DNA from: Candidatus Heimdallarchaeota archaeon
GTDB lineage: Archaea; Asgardarchaeota; Heimdallarchaeia; Heimdallarchaeales; Kariarchaeaceae
Assembly: GCA_030149205.1 (NCBI GenBank)
Contig: JASBSB010000005.1
Span: 30,001 to 62,000 of the forward strand
Reading direction: 5' to 3'
DNA: 32,000 nt
Part shown: positions 16,095 through 25,364 of the stretch, in pieces
Layout: every line of letters starts with the position of its first letter
Numbering within the stretch: the first letter of the stretch is position 1
The notes under the pieces: model-generated
Told to the model about the DNA's origin: nothing
The model's database searches: none
The model's input: the letters and a program-made list of their open reading frames with translations, nothing else
Program-made: the position numbers and the translations under genes

Positions 16095-18140
16095 TTATAC
16101 TGTTAAGAGTAGGTTCATCTCAGCCATATTCTTTGAGATCACTTTTTCTAACTTATCGATATCTTCAGTGTACTGAGAATTTAACCTCATATAAACTGTT
16201 TTTGGAATTTCCTTTTTGAGATACTTTGCCTCGTTTTTCTCCATAGAAGTTCTTACATCTAGCTGGTTGAAATGTGCGTCCATAACCTTGTTTACCAGAT
16301 TCTTATACTTTGGACCTATAGGTTGAGATGCTCTAACCGCAGCATTTAGTTGCTCGTTTAAGTTCTTTAATTTCTTATTCAATGATTTCATCGTGGCATT
16401 GTATTCTCGCTTTTTCATTTTGCCCTTTTTAACAGACTGTTTAATAAAATCAATTCTATCAGTGGTAGCTTTAACCTCTATAAAGACATTGTAGAAATTC
16501 TCAAGTTCTTTAACTGGAATTTTCTCACGAGAGACGTCAATAACTGTTTCTTCAACTAACCCTTCGGTTTGACTAAATTCATTCCATTTCTTATTTAATT
16601 GATATAATCCAATATATGCTAAAATTAGCACTAAAAATATAAAGAATAAATTAAGTATTGGTAGTAACAATGCCACTCTATTGTATCCAAATGTGATTTG
16701 AAAATCTCGGTTGTCAAATTGAGAGACATTGTATCCACGAATAACAAAATCAACATTTCTGAAAAGACTTAAAGGTGGACGAGCAGTCTTCACATCTACT
16801 TGGAAAACAGCTTGCTGTGAGACTGGATCAAATGTTGTGGAGAACAAGGTCGCAGATGTGGGGAGCTTATAGGTGGAAGTAAATCTTTCAACTGTGGCAT
16901 TAAACAATGATGATAGGCTGGTGTTTAACGTTAATCCAGAAGAACTGGTTGTTATTACTTTATTTGAGTCGAATTGATAGAAGACTGAAAAGGTGTAAGA
17001 ATCTCCTCCGAATAATTGATCTCTAAAAACGACTGATAATGAATTAAACCCAGATATAGCCGAAGCTTTCAGGTCAGGGTATCCTGTACTGGCATTTCTT
17101 GCACCAAGATTTAAACTTCCCAATTTATCACTGACTTGAGTTACTACAGCATTGTTGGGGATAAAAAGTGTGGTACCCTTAACACCATAAAGCTTCTTAT
17201 AACCACCTGTTCTATTTGGATCTAAAGGAGCCCCAATATGTTTTATCGTAATTAACTCAGCTACATACACCTTTCCAAAAGGGTCAATTCTTACGGTTCT
17301 ATCAATACTTGGGTAAGTGATAGGTGTCGTCGTTCCCTGCTTAGGTTGTGTTGGGCTTGTGCTATCAAAAATCACAAGAGCATAATCAATCCCAGAAACT
17401 AATTTATGTGTGGCATTAATCTTAACATAGTCTAAATTACGCCATACTAGATTTGATGCTGTATACTGGTATTGACCAACCGAATCTGAAGAGAATTTAT
17501 CATTTTGACCTTCTAACCTAATTCCTGCTTCTGCACTGACATTTAAATTGAAAAAGAGTGGTCTAACTGGTAATTTAATAGTCCCTCTCTGTTCACCATT
17601 ATAGGCTGACCAAGTAAAGAAATCTGGGGTTCCCAATGTTGCATGAATATAAACTTTTGAGTTATTAATATCTGCTGGCTTAGTTCCATTCATTACTGGA
17701 ATGAAATAAGTGGTAAGCTCAGAGCCCTGAAGAACATATGGGGTTCTTGTGTTGTTTGCATTAAGGATGCCTACATCACTTCCATATTGTACATAGAACT
17801 TTGCTAGATCTACATGCTTTTGATAGAATGTAGGAATGGTATAGTTAAAGTAACTGATTTTTGTCTTATTATCGTGAATGGTTAAAGACATCGCGTCTTC
17901 AACTAGTGTTCGAGCGGAAACTTTGATTGTTATGGTTCTGTTCACAAATGCAGAAGCATTAAGATTTGGATTTGCAGGAGGTTGGGTTATGAACCCGTTT
18001 GTTTTTACCTCAGTTGAATTTACAGCATTTGTAGTACTGTTTGATGGCAATGTATTATCATGTCCAAATATCCCTGGAGCGGGAGCAACAACTGTAGTTG
18101 CAAAGATTAGCAATATAAGCCAAAACTTAAGTGATTTCAA
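16095..18140 (-). CDS. Ribophorin I (OST1/RPN1)-like oligosaccharyltransferase accessory subunit
   Basis: Signal peptide; large beta-rich ectodomain with IDRTVRIDPFGKVYVAELITIKH and FRDQLFGGDSYTF (cf. RPN1 R.PLFGGW..F); one TM helix near aa 490-515; cytoplasmic coiled-coil tail. TTG start after GAGG. Confidence 0.82.
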   Translation of the reverse strand: MKSLKFWLILLIFATTVVAPAPGIFGHDNTLPSNSTTNAVNSTEVKTNGFITQPPANPNLNASAFVNRTITIKVSARTLVEDAMSLTIHDNKTKISYFNYTIPTFYQKHVDLAKFYVQYGSDVGILNANNTRTPYVLQGSELTTYFIPVMNGTKPADINNSKVYIHATLGTPDFFTWSAYNGEQRGTIKLPVRPLFFNLNVSAEAGIRLEGQNDKFSSDSVGQYQYTASNLVWRNLDYVKINATHKLVSGIDYALVIFDSTSPTQPKQGTTTPITYPSIDRTVRIDPFGKVYVAELITIKHIGAPLDPNRTGGYKKLYGVKGTTLFIPNNAVVTQVSDKLGSLNLGARNASTGYPDLKASAISGFNSLSVVFRDQLFGGDSYTFSVFYQFDSNKVITTSSSGLTLNTSLSSLFNATVERFTSTYKLPTSATLFSTTFDPVSQQAVFQVDVKTARPPLSLFRNVDFVIRGYNVSQFDNRDFQITFGYNRVALLLPILNLFFIFLVLILAYIGLYQLNKKWNEFSQTEGLVEETVIDVSREKIPVKELENFYNVFIEVKATTDRIDFIKQSVKKGKMKKREYNATMKSLNKKLKNLNEQLNAAVRASQPIGPKYKNLVNKVMDAHFNQLDVRTSMEKNEAKYLKKEIPKTVYMRLNSQYTEDIDKLEKVISKNMAEMNLLLTV

Positions 18141-18250
18141 TCAAAATTCCTCGCTTGATAAGTTGTTTCATATTTAGGGAATTAAATAGTTTGTGAGATT
18201 GACAATGAAAACGCGTTGTCTGATTTGAATTGAAAATGAAAATGACCAGA

Positions 18251-18814
18251 TTAAGAAACATGAATGGAATTGATCCGTTCACAATATTCACATTGGATTT
18301 CATGTGTTCCAACTGGTAAATCAGAGTCTGCAATTTTTCTCGCACAGAAACAAACCCATCCCTTCAATCTTGCTGGATTTCCTGCAACCAGAGCATGAGG
18401 TTGAACATCCCGAGTAACCACAGAACCAGCTGCAATGAGACAATTTTCTTTTAAGATAGTTCCACATATTATAGTCGCATTTGCCCCTATACTTACCCCA
18501 TCTTCAACTGTGGTTGAAACTATCTGCCAATCTCCAACCGCTCTTGGGTACAGATCGTTTGTAAAGGCAACATGTGGGCCTATAAACACATCATTTCCAA
18601 CAGTAACCCCATGATATACTGAAACTAGGTTCTGGATCTTTACATTGTTTCCTATCCTGACTCCTTCGTCTATATAGGAGCTTTTACCAACGATCACATT
18701 TTTACCAAGAATTGCCTTTGATCGTACATGTGCATAGTGCCAGACCTTGGTTCCTTGTCCAAGTTCTGCTCCATCATCAACAGTAGCTGTAGGATGAACA
18801 TAAATCTCATTCAT
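18251..18814 (-). CDS. Hexapeptide-repeat sugar N-acetyltransferase (WbpD/WlbB-like) with C-terminal Cys cluster
   Basis: Left-handed beta-helix repeats, KVWHYAHV, FTNDLYPRA, GANATI, AGNPAR, then WVCFC...CEYC. Confidence 0.88.
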   Translation of the reverse strand: MNEIYVHPTATVDDGAELGQGTKVWHYAHVRSKAILGKNVIVGKSSYIDEGVRIGNNVKIQNLVSVYHGVTVGNDVFIGPHVAFTNDLYPRAVGDWQIVSTTVEDGVSIGANATIICGTILKENCLIAAGSVVTRDVQPHALVAGNPARLKGWVCFCARKIADSDLPVGTHEIQCEYCERINSIHVS

Positions 18815-18953
18815 AGAATACCTGCAAATATCTAACTTTAATTAGTTAATTGTTTTGTATGGACAAATATCATTTCTGACACAAATTTCAGTATTATCTA
18901 CCTCTGTGCGCTATAAGAATTAAATATGGTGAAAATTTATTGAGCAAGGGAGA

Positions 18954-20045
18954 ATGACAACAGAAAAAATCATACGATTGGGTGAACTGGCAGAAAGAAT
19001 CGCACTCAAGGTACAATCGCTTGGAGAAAATCTATCTGAAAGTCTAAATTCAATTAATGTTGAATGGAATAAATTACCTGAACCAGATAAGGAAAACATC
19101 GTTTTTTGTCCTGTGGATGGGGGTTCTCGAACCAAACAACTTAGTGGAAGCACCATTATCTATGCTCAAGCTGCAGGTCGACCCATGGGAACAGAAAAAA
19201 CAAAGGGGATCGATTGGCAGATTGAACAGGACGCAGAAATATTAACATCAGGGACTAAGCTTGCTGAAGATTTGGCAGGACAGGTAAGATTAAGGTTGGA
19301 GGTGACAGTGGCTGCGAATCTTATTGAGAAACACAGTCCAGATATTCTTTTGTTAGATGGTACATTGAATTCCTTATTTTTAATAGGAATGCCTTCGAGA
19401 CTTAACACTTTTATCCAAGAAGATTCGGATGATGAAAATTTAGAAAGTGATTTATCCGTCTACAGACGTGAACTTATAGCGTATGGTGATGTTCTCCGAG
19501 AATTCATGGATTTAGTGAATGAAAATTCAACCACTGTATTATCACTCTCAAAGGATAGTTACTCCAAACTTTATATTCCGGATCTGTATTCAGATGAAGC
19601 ATTGACAGATACAGTTTTGTTAAGGCTAAAAAGTCAAGGTGAACCAGGATACACAAATTCCAAGATCAGTACACCTTCAGACCTTCTCAAAGGAAACAAG
19701 CAATTGCTGAGACTTTGGCAAAAATCCAATCCAAAGTTGAAATTCTCACCTAAAGAAATTGAATATTCGTCATTTTATACAAATTTTATTAAAAATGGGA
19801 TTCCCTTTAGGACTGATATTTTTAATTCTCAATTCCAAGCTGAAGAATCAATAATATCCAAACTTTTACAAATTACAAATGGACAGGATTGGTTAATACC
19901 CCCAAGATTAGCACATGAGGCAGCAGTGGTTAGAAATGAAATCTTAGATCACTTTTATCATCAAGTGTTTGTAAGGGCGGAAAAACAAAATCCAAAAATT
20001 GCGCACTATGTTTTAACACCCTCAAGGAGAGAGAGAACACAATAG
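18954..20045 (+). CDS. nurA: DNA double-strand break repair nuclease NurA
   Basis: PVDGGS, LLLDGTL, SLSKDS, and C-terminal PPRLAHEAAVV are NurA RNase H-fold motifs. herA-mre11-rad50 lie downstream in the same orientation. Confidence 0.87.
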   Translation: MTTEKIIRLGELAERIALKVQSLGENLSESLNSINVEWNKLPEPDKENIVFCPVDGGSRTKQLSGSTIIYAQAAGRPMGTEKTKGIDWQIEQDAEILTSGTKLAEDLAGQVRLRLEVTVAANLIEKHSPDILLLDGTLNSLFLIGMPSRLNTFIQEDSDDENLESDLSVYRRELIAYGDVLREFMDLVNENSTTVLSLSKDSYSKLYIPDLYSDEALTDTVLLRLKSQGEPGYTNSKISTPSDLLKGNKQLLRLWQKSNPKLKFSPKEIEYSSFYTNFIKNGIPFRTDIFNSQFQAEESIISKLLQITNGQDWLIPPRLAHEAAVVRNEILDHFYHQVFVRAEKQNPKIAHYVLTPSRRERTQ

Positions 20046-20102
20046 ATAATATTGGCAAATCCAATGTGGTAATACATAAAATTACATAAAGTATAAGGTT
20101 TT

Positions 20103-20537
20103 ATTAAAAGTATTAGTCAAGTAAATTTAAATTCCCTGTTTCGTGTACAATGTCTGCTGCTTCTAAGGGAAGGGCCAAAAAGCGGATATGACCTCGCAAA
20201 ACTCTTAAAGGAAATGACAGGCGATAAACCAAGCACAGGGAAGATTTATCCCTTTCTTCATGAACTTAAGGAAAAAGGATATGCTATTGAGATAGATGAG
20301 GTCGAGGATAACAGAGGAACAACTAAATATCATTTGTCCAAAGAAGGTATAGAACTTATTGATGATGTCCTTTCCAGAATGGGTAATCTAATCGAAGCAA
20401 GATTGGAGCAGCTCCTTGAATCTTGTTACCATTGTGGGATCAAATTATATGGACCAAAAGTTTATGGAAAGGGTAAGGAAGGCAAAAAACAGGCTTTCTG
20501 CTGTACTCATTGTCGAGACTCGTATTTGGAACATTAA
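20103..20537 (+). CDS. PadR-family wHTH regulator fused to a C-terminal TRASH/YHS-like metal-binding domain; true start upstream of the annotated ATG 20214
   Basis: Frame is open from 20097 and reads ...SLFRVQCLLLLREGPKSGYDLAKLLKEMTGDKPSTGKIYPFLHELKEKGY (PadR helices). C-terminus CYHC...FCCTHC. Start placed tentatively at ATT 20103. Confidence 0.82.
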   Translation: MKSISQVNLNSLFRVQCLLLLREGPKSGYDLAKLLKEMTGDKPSTGKIYPFLHELKEKGYAIEIDEVEDNRGTTKYHLSKEGIELIDDVLSRMGNLIEARLEQLLESCYHCGIKLYGPKVYGKGKEGKKQAFCCTHCRDSYLEH

Positions 20538-20540
20538 GGG

Positions 20541-20562
20541 TTTATTTTTTATTTAAAAAAAA
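20541..20562. terminator. Putative bidirectional T-tract terminator between convergent padR and copA
   Basis: TTTATTTTTTATTT followed by an A8 run (a T-tract on the minus strand). Confidence 0.45.
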
Positions 20563-20601
20563 TTTCTCACAATTCATTTAACTTGAAAAAGTATAACTAT
20601 T

Positions 20602-23211
20602 TTAGGCGGTGATAGGAGTAGCAGACAAATTAAGGTCTATTTTAGGGACTTTGTAGCGCTTTAGAAGTAAACTGCTGGTAACGACAGAAACTGATGAAAA
20701 TGCCATTGCGAGTCCCGCGAATTCAGGAGGTAAGGTAAATACAATATTTGAAGCTGCATAGATTATAGGTACAAACACACCAGCTGCAAGTGGAATTCCA
20801 AGTACATTGTAAATAAAAGCCCATCCAAAATTTATTTTTATACGTCTGAATGTTGTTTTTGAGAGGTCTATTGCCTTAACCACATCTCTGAGATCGTTTT
20901 TAATCAAAACCAAATCTGCAGTTTCAATTGCTACATCAGTTCCCGCTCCAATTGCGATTCCTATGTCTGCTTGTGCAAGAGCAGGGGCATCATTTATGCC
21001 ATCACCAACCATTCCAACTTTCTTACCCTTCACTTGTAGCTCTTTTACCTTCTCTGCCTTCTCTTGCGGTAATACAGAAGCTAAAACGTTTGTAATGCCC
21101 ACTTGTTTGGCTATATAATTTGCAGTTCTTTGGTTGTCTCCTGTTATCATCCAAACCTCAATACCCATTTCTTGAAGTTTTTGAACTGCAACTTTTGAGG
21201 TTGGTTTTATTGTATCGGCAACGGCGAACAATCCAACTACTTCATCATTGACAACTCCTAACATAACTGTTTTACCCTGTCCTTCTAACTCCTGAACTTT
21301 TGAACGAGTGTTTTCAGGTATTGCTTTACCTTCTTCCTTAAGCAAGTCTGGTTTACCCAAGAGAACTTTATTGCCGTTTACAGTCCCTGTAACTCCTTTA
21401 CCAAGAACAGCCTGAAAATCTGTAGGTTCACTCAAATTAGCATTAGATTCTTTGGCATAATTCACAATAGCTTTACCAAGAGGATGTTCAGAACCTAACT
21501 CAACAGATGCCAATAATGACAAAGTGTTTTCGTCATTCTTGAAATTTACAAATTCAGTTACCTTGGGTTTTCCCTCTGTGATTGTCCCGGTCTTATCTAG
21601 AACTACTGCATTTAAAGAATGTGCACCTTCTAATGCTTCTCCACCTTTGATTAATATCCCATTTTTAGCCCCTAAACCTGTCCCAACCATTATTGCAGTA
21701 GGTGTGGCTAATCCTAATGCACAAGGGCATGAAATAACAACCACTGAGATTGCAAGAAGGAATGAGAAAAGAAATGGAGAAGAACCTGGAGGCACCCATG
21801 AAAGTGGTACTACGTTAAGCTGAAATAAGCTAAACCAAACGAAAAAGGTTAGGATTGCAATACTCACAACAACCGGCACAAAAACAGAGGATATTTTATC
21901 TGCTAGTGCTTGAACAGGTGCTTTTGACAATTGGGCGTCCTCAATAAGCTTTACAATCTGTGAGAGTGTGGTGTCTTTTCCAACCTTTTCTGCTTTTACA
22001 TAAATAACTCCAGATTGATTTATTGTGGAACCAGTAACAACTTCACCTTTAGTCTTAATAACTGGGATTGGTTCTCCAGTTATCATAGATTCATCTACAG
22101 AGGAACTTCCATCAACAACACTTCCATCAACAGGTATCTTTTCACCAGGATAAACTTTTAAGATATCACCAACTTCCACAAGTTCTGCTTCAATCTTTTT
22201 CTCTTCAATGATCTCACCATTTTCATTATAGGTCAATAGGTTTGCTGTGGTTGCTTGTTGATCCAATAAATCTTTAATGGCTGTTGAAGTCTTACCCTTA
22301 GCATTAGCTTCAAGATACTTTCCAAAAATGATGAATGTTATCAGATAAGCAGCTGTGTCAAAAAACACATCACTGTAAAATTGAGGGACGAAAAAGTGAT
22401 AGATCATCACAAACAGACTGTAGAAATAAGCAGCGGATGTACCAATCATCACTAATACATCCATTGTTGCACTTCTATGCCTGAGAACAGCAAAGGATTT
22501 CGTGTAGAAACTTTTACCAACCCAAAATTGAACTGGCGTTACGAATAGAAATAATAAGAAATCTTTAAGGAAAACATTTGGAAATATTTCAATGTGGTAA
22601 AATTGTGTGATTGCTGAAATCTGAAACATAAATGGTATCATATAAAGGAAAAAAATTGGGAGCGTGAATACTAGACTTGCTATTAATTTATGTCTCCAGT
22701 ATTGTATTTCTTCCTTTTTAGACAGTTTATCCAGTGTTACCCCACCTTGGGATAACTTGGCTTTGTAACCTACATCCTCAACTAAATTAATAAGATCTCT
22801 GGCTCCTAGTTTTAAGGGGTCATACTCAATTAAGCCTTTTTCGGTACTCAAATTCACCCTAATTGACTTTACACCATCCTGAGAACCCACGTAATTCTCT
22901 ATAGTGTTAACACAGCTAGCACAGGTCATCCCACTGATATCTAACTCCGCAACACCATCTTCATTGAACTTTTTCTCGATCTCTGCACCAAATCCCACAT
23001 CTTTGATTAATTCCGCAATCTGGTCTTCAGTGTACTTGGATCTATCAAATTCTACTTGCGCTTGTTCTGTTGTTAAATTAACTTTAACAGACTTCACACC
23101 TTCCTGAGATCCTACATAGTTCTCTATAGTGTTGACACAGCTTGCACAGGTCATTCCAGAGACGTTGATCATCAGAGGTGGTTCTTTGACTTTTTGCACA
23201 TCTTCTGACAT
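20602..23211 (-). CDS. copA: Cu(I)-exporting P1B-1 ATPase with two N-terminal HMA domains
   Basis: Two [42 protein letters not shown] and MAFSS. Confidence 0.97.
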   Translation of the reverse strand: MSEDVQKVKEPPLMINVSGMTCASCVNTIENYVGSQEGVKSVKVNLTTEQAQVEFDRSKYTEDQIAELIKDVGFGAEIEKKFNEDGVAELDISGMTCASCVNTIENYVGSQDGVKSIRVNLSTEKGLIEYDPLKLGARDLINLVEDVGYKAKLSQGGVTLDKLSKKEEIQYWRHKLIASLVFTLPIFFLYMIPFMFQISAITQFYHIEIFPNVFLKDFLLFLFVTPVQFWVGKSFYTKSFAVLRHRSATMDVLVMIGTSAAYFYSLFVMIYHFFVPQFYSDVFFDTAAYLITFIIFGKYLEANAKGKTSTAIKDLLDQQATTANLLTYNENGEIIEEKKIEAELVEVGDILKVYPGEKIPVDGSVVDGSSSVDESMITGEPIPVIKTKGEVVTGSTINQSGVIYVKAEKVGKDTTLSQIVKLIEDAQLSKAPVQALADKISSVFVPVVVSIAILTFFVWFSLFQLNVVPLSWVPPGSSPFLFSFLLAISVVVISCPCALGLATPTAIMVGTGLGAKNGILIKGGEALEGAHSLNAVVLDKTGTITEGKPKVTEFVNFKNDENTLSLLASVELGSEHPLGKAIVNYAKESNANLSEPTDFQAVLGKGVTGTVNGNKVLLGKPDLLKEEGKAIPENTRSKVQELEGQGKTVMLGVVNDEVVGLFAVADTIKPTSKVAVQKLQEMGIEVWMITGDNQRTANYIAKQVGITNVLASVLPQEKAEKVKELQVKGKKVGMVGDGINDAPALAQADIGIAIGAGTDVAIETADLVLIKNDLRDVVKAIDLSKTTFRRIKINFGWAFIYNVLGIPLAAGVFVPIIYAASNIVFTLPPEFAGLAMAFSSVSVVTSSLLLKRYKVPKIDLNLSATPITA

Positions 23212-23227
23212 TTGTATCTAAGTAATG

Positions 23228-23242
23228 TATCAACAATTGATA
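23228..23242. promoter_or_regulatory. Putative operator TATCA-N5-TGATA in the copA promoter
   Basis: TATCAAcaaTTGATA lies between the minus-strand TATA (TTTATATA, 23248-23241, preceded by purine-rich ACAAAAG) and the copA ATG at 23211. Confidence 0.6.
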
Positions 23243-23293
23243 TATAAATTCTTTTGTTATGAACCTTTCCAAAATTTTGATGTTTAAGTATAC

Positions 23294-23509
23294 CTAGTTT
23301 AAAACTTTGTATCCGAGTTGAGAGATTGCTTCCTTTAGTTTTTCTACATTCCCTTTTGATGCATCTGTGAGTGTGAAGTCACCTTTTGCAGCTTCCCATT
23401 CTACATCCGCTTTTTCAACAAAATCAAATTTTGATGTCCTTGCTTTAATTCCATTGGAACACCCATTGCAGGTCATTCCCTCTATTTCTAATGTTATTGT
23501 TTTAGACAT
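23294..23509 (-). CDS. copZ: Copper chaperone (HMA domain)
   Basis: 71 aa, IEGMTCNGC, ferredoxin-like HMA pattern, upstream of copA, AGGTGA RBS. Confidence 0.93.
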   Translation of the reverse strand: MSKTITLEIEGMTCNGCSNGIKARTSKFDFVEKADVEWEAAKGDFTLTDASKGNVEKLKEAISQLGYKVLN

Positions 23510-23510
23510 A

Positions 23511-23527
23511 ATATCACCTGATGATAT
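23511..23527. promoter_or_regulatory. Putative operator ATATCA-N5-TGATAT at the copZ 5' end
   Basis: ATATCAcctgaTGATAT, same core and spacing as the copA site. Overlaps the copZ RBS and probable TSS region. Confidence 0.5.
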
Positions 23528-23750
23528 GTTAAATATTGATATATTAGAAATATTATAAAGGTATAGATAATAGTACTATTCCGCCTATTAATGAATGAGA
23601 GATTAGTTTCAATACACTGACTCTCCTAAATGTTTTTAGCAATATGAAACTTTCATAGGTTAGTCTTACAATGATTTTATCTGTGAATATTTGGAGTGGT
23701 AAATCTTTAAATAGAAAAACAAGATTGAGTCATTATGGAGGGAACACATA

Positions 23751-25364
23751 TTGAGTTCTAATTTAACTATTAATAATAATCAGTCAATCGGTGCAGTCAT
23801 TGGAGAAACAACCTCTCATGACTTAGAATTTATTGTTGATGTTGATCAAAATGAGATTCGACCTGTTGAGGTCGGTGAATATGTTGGAATATCATATGGA
23901 AACAATCGATATGCCATCGGATTGGTTACAGAAATTACTCGTGTAAACAATGAAATCATCAGTAGTTTCGCAAATTCTCCTTCATCAGTTTCTCGTATGA
24001 ATGAGCTATCCATGTACCCTGGTTCACAAAGAATTGTTGCCTCTGTCTCAGTTCAGGGAATCTTAAATGAAAATGGTCAGTTGATAAGACCGAGATACCC
24101 ACCAGCCCCGGGAGCGGAGGTCATTCGAGATCCAACTGAGATACTGGATGTTGTATTTGCAGGTGGTGGAGTTAAAGTCGGAAACTTAGTTGCAAATCCT
24201 GAAGTAGAAGTTAGCCTTGATATAAACAAGTTAATTTCAAGACATTTTTCGGTTCTTGCTGTTACAGGTGCAGGAAAGAGTTATACGGTAAGTGTCATAC
24301 TTGATGAAATTATGAAGAATATGCCTTTTGCTAGTATAGTTATTCTAGACCCACACCAAGATTACTTTTATTTAAGAGAAAACACAGAATATGGAAACAA
24401 AGTTCAGATATTTACACCTAGTGGAGACGGTAATAGCAGTAGAATCAAATTTAAAATCTCAAATTTCGATAATACTAAAATTATGGATATAATTGGATTG
24501 AGAGAAAATGCCAGCCGACAAAGAAGTTTCCTTTCAAATGTTTTGACAGAAATGAGAAATGCAAATGAAAACTGGGATCTTAGTGATGTCAGAGAAGAGA
24601 TAAACACTCAGCTAAACAACCCAGAAATCAGTGCCCAAACTAAGAGTCTTGGATATTCTGTTTTAAATTACCTCAACTGGGTTGTAGGGGAAGACTTTTT
24701 GGATGCATTGGTTGAGACACCACTGACAAGCCCAAATGAACCTTGCCTTACCAAGAAGGGTCAAATGACAATAATAGGTACAGGTCTACTTGATAATCGA
24801 GCAAAAGGTTTCTTGGTTGAAGAAGTATTGAAAAAAATCTTTACTGGGGCAGTAAATTATCGAAGAGGGACAAACCCTGAAAATGCCTTGGAGGGACCAA
24901 TATTAGTAATTCTAGAAGAGGCACATCAGTTTATTCCTGGGTTCAATGAAAAATCGTCCTGTAGAGGTATTATTAAACAGATAGCAGGTGAAGGTAGAAA
25001 ATTTGGGGTTGGTTTAGGAATCATTAGTCAGAGACCTGGGAAGGTCGATGAAAATGTGCTTTCACAATGTAACACACAAATTACCCTGAAAATTACGAAC
25101 CCCAAGGATCAAAATGCAATAGGATCTGCAAGTGAAAGCATTACACAGGACCTTCTTAACGATCTTCCCGGTCTTAACACTGGAGAGGCAATTATCAATG
25201 GTTCAGCTATTACATCTCCTGCTTTTGTTAAAATAAGGCAACTTGACCTTACCCCTGGGGGAGATGACATTGATATAGAATCAGAATGGGTAACCCCAAA
25301 TGAAAATGAAGATGTTGTTACAAGCTCTGTGGATCCAGAGCCTGATTACGAGGGAATGGTATGA
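23751..25364 (+). CDS. herA: HerA bipolar DNA helicase/translocase (HAS barrel + ATPase)
   Basis: N-terminal HAS barrel, Walker A AVTGAGKS, Walker B ILEEAH, EGRKFGVGLGIISQRP, LSQCNTQ. TTG start after GGAG. Confidence 0.94.
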   Translation: MSSNLTINNNQSIGAVIGETTSHDLEFIVDVDQNEIRPVEVGEYVGISYGNNRYAIGLVTEITRVNNEIISSFANSPSSVSRMNELSMYPGSQRIVASVSVQGILNENGQLIRPRYPPAPGAEVIRDPTEILDVVFAGGGVKVGNLVANPEVEVSLDINKLISRHFSVLAVTGAGKSYTVSVILDEIMKNMPFASIVILDPHQDYFYLRENTEYGNKVQIFTPSGDGNSSRIKFKISNFDNTKIMDIIGLRENASRQRSFLSNVLTEMRNANENWDLSDVREEINTQLNNPEISAQTKSLGYSVLNYLNWVVGEDFLDALVETPLTSPNEPCLTKKGQMTIIGTGLLDNRAKGFLVEEVLKKIFTGAVNYRRGTNPENALEGPILVILEEAHQFIPGFNEKSSCRGIIKQIAGEGRKFGVGLGIISQRPGKVDENVLSQCNTQITLKITNPKDQNAIGSASESITQDLLNDLPGLNTGEAIINGSAITSPAFVKIRQLDLTPGGDDIDIESEWVTPNENEDVVTSSVDPEPDYEGMV

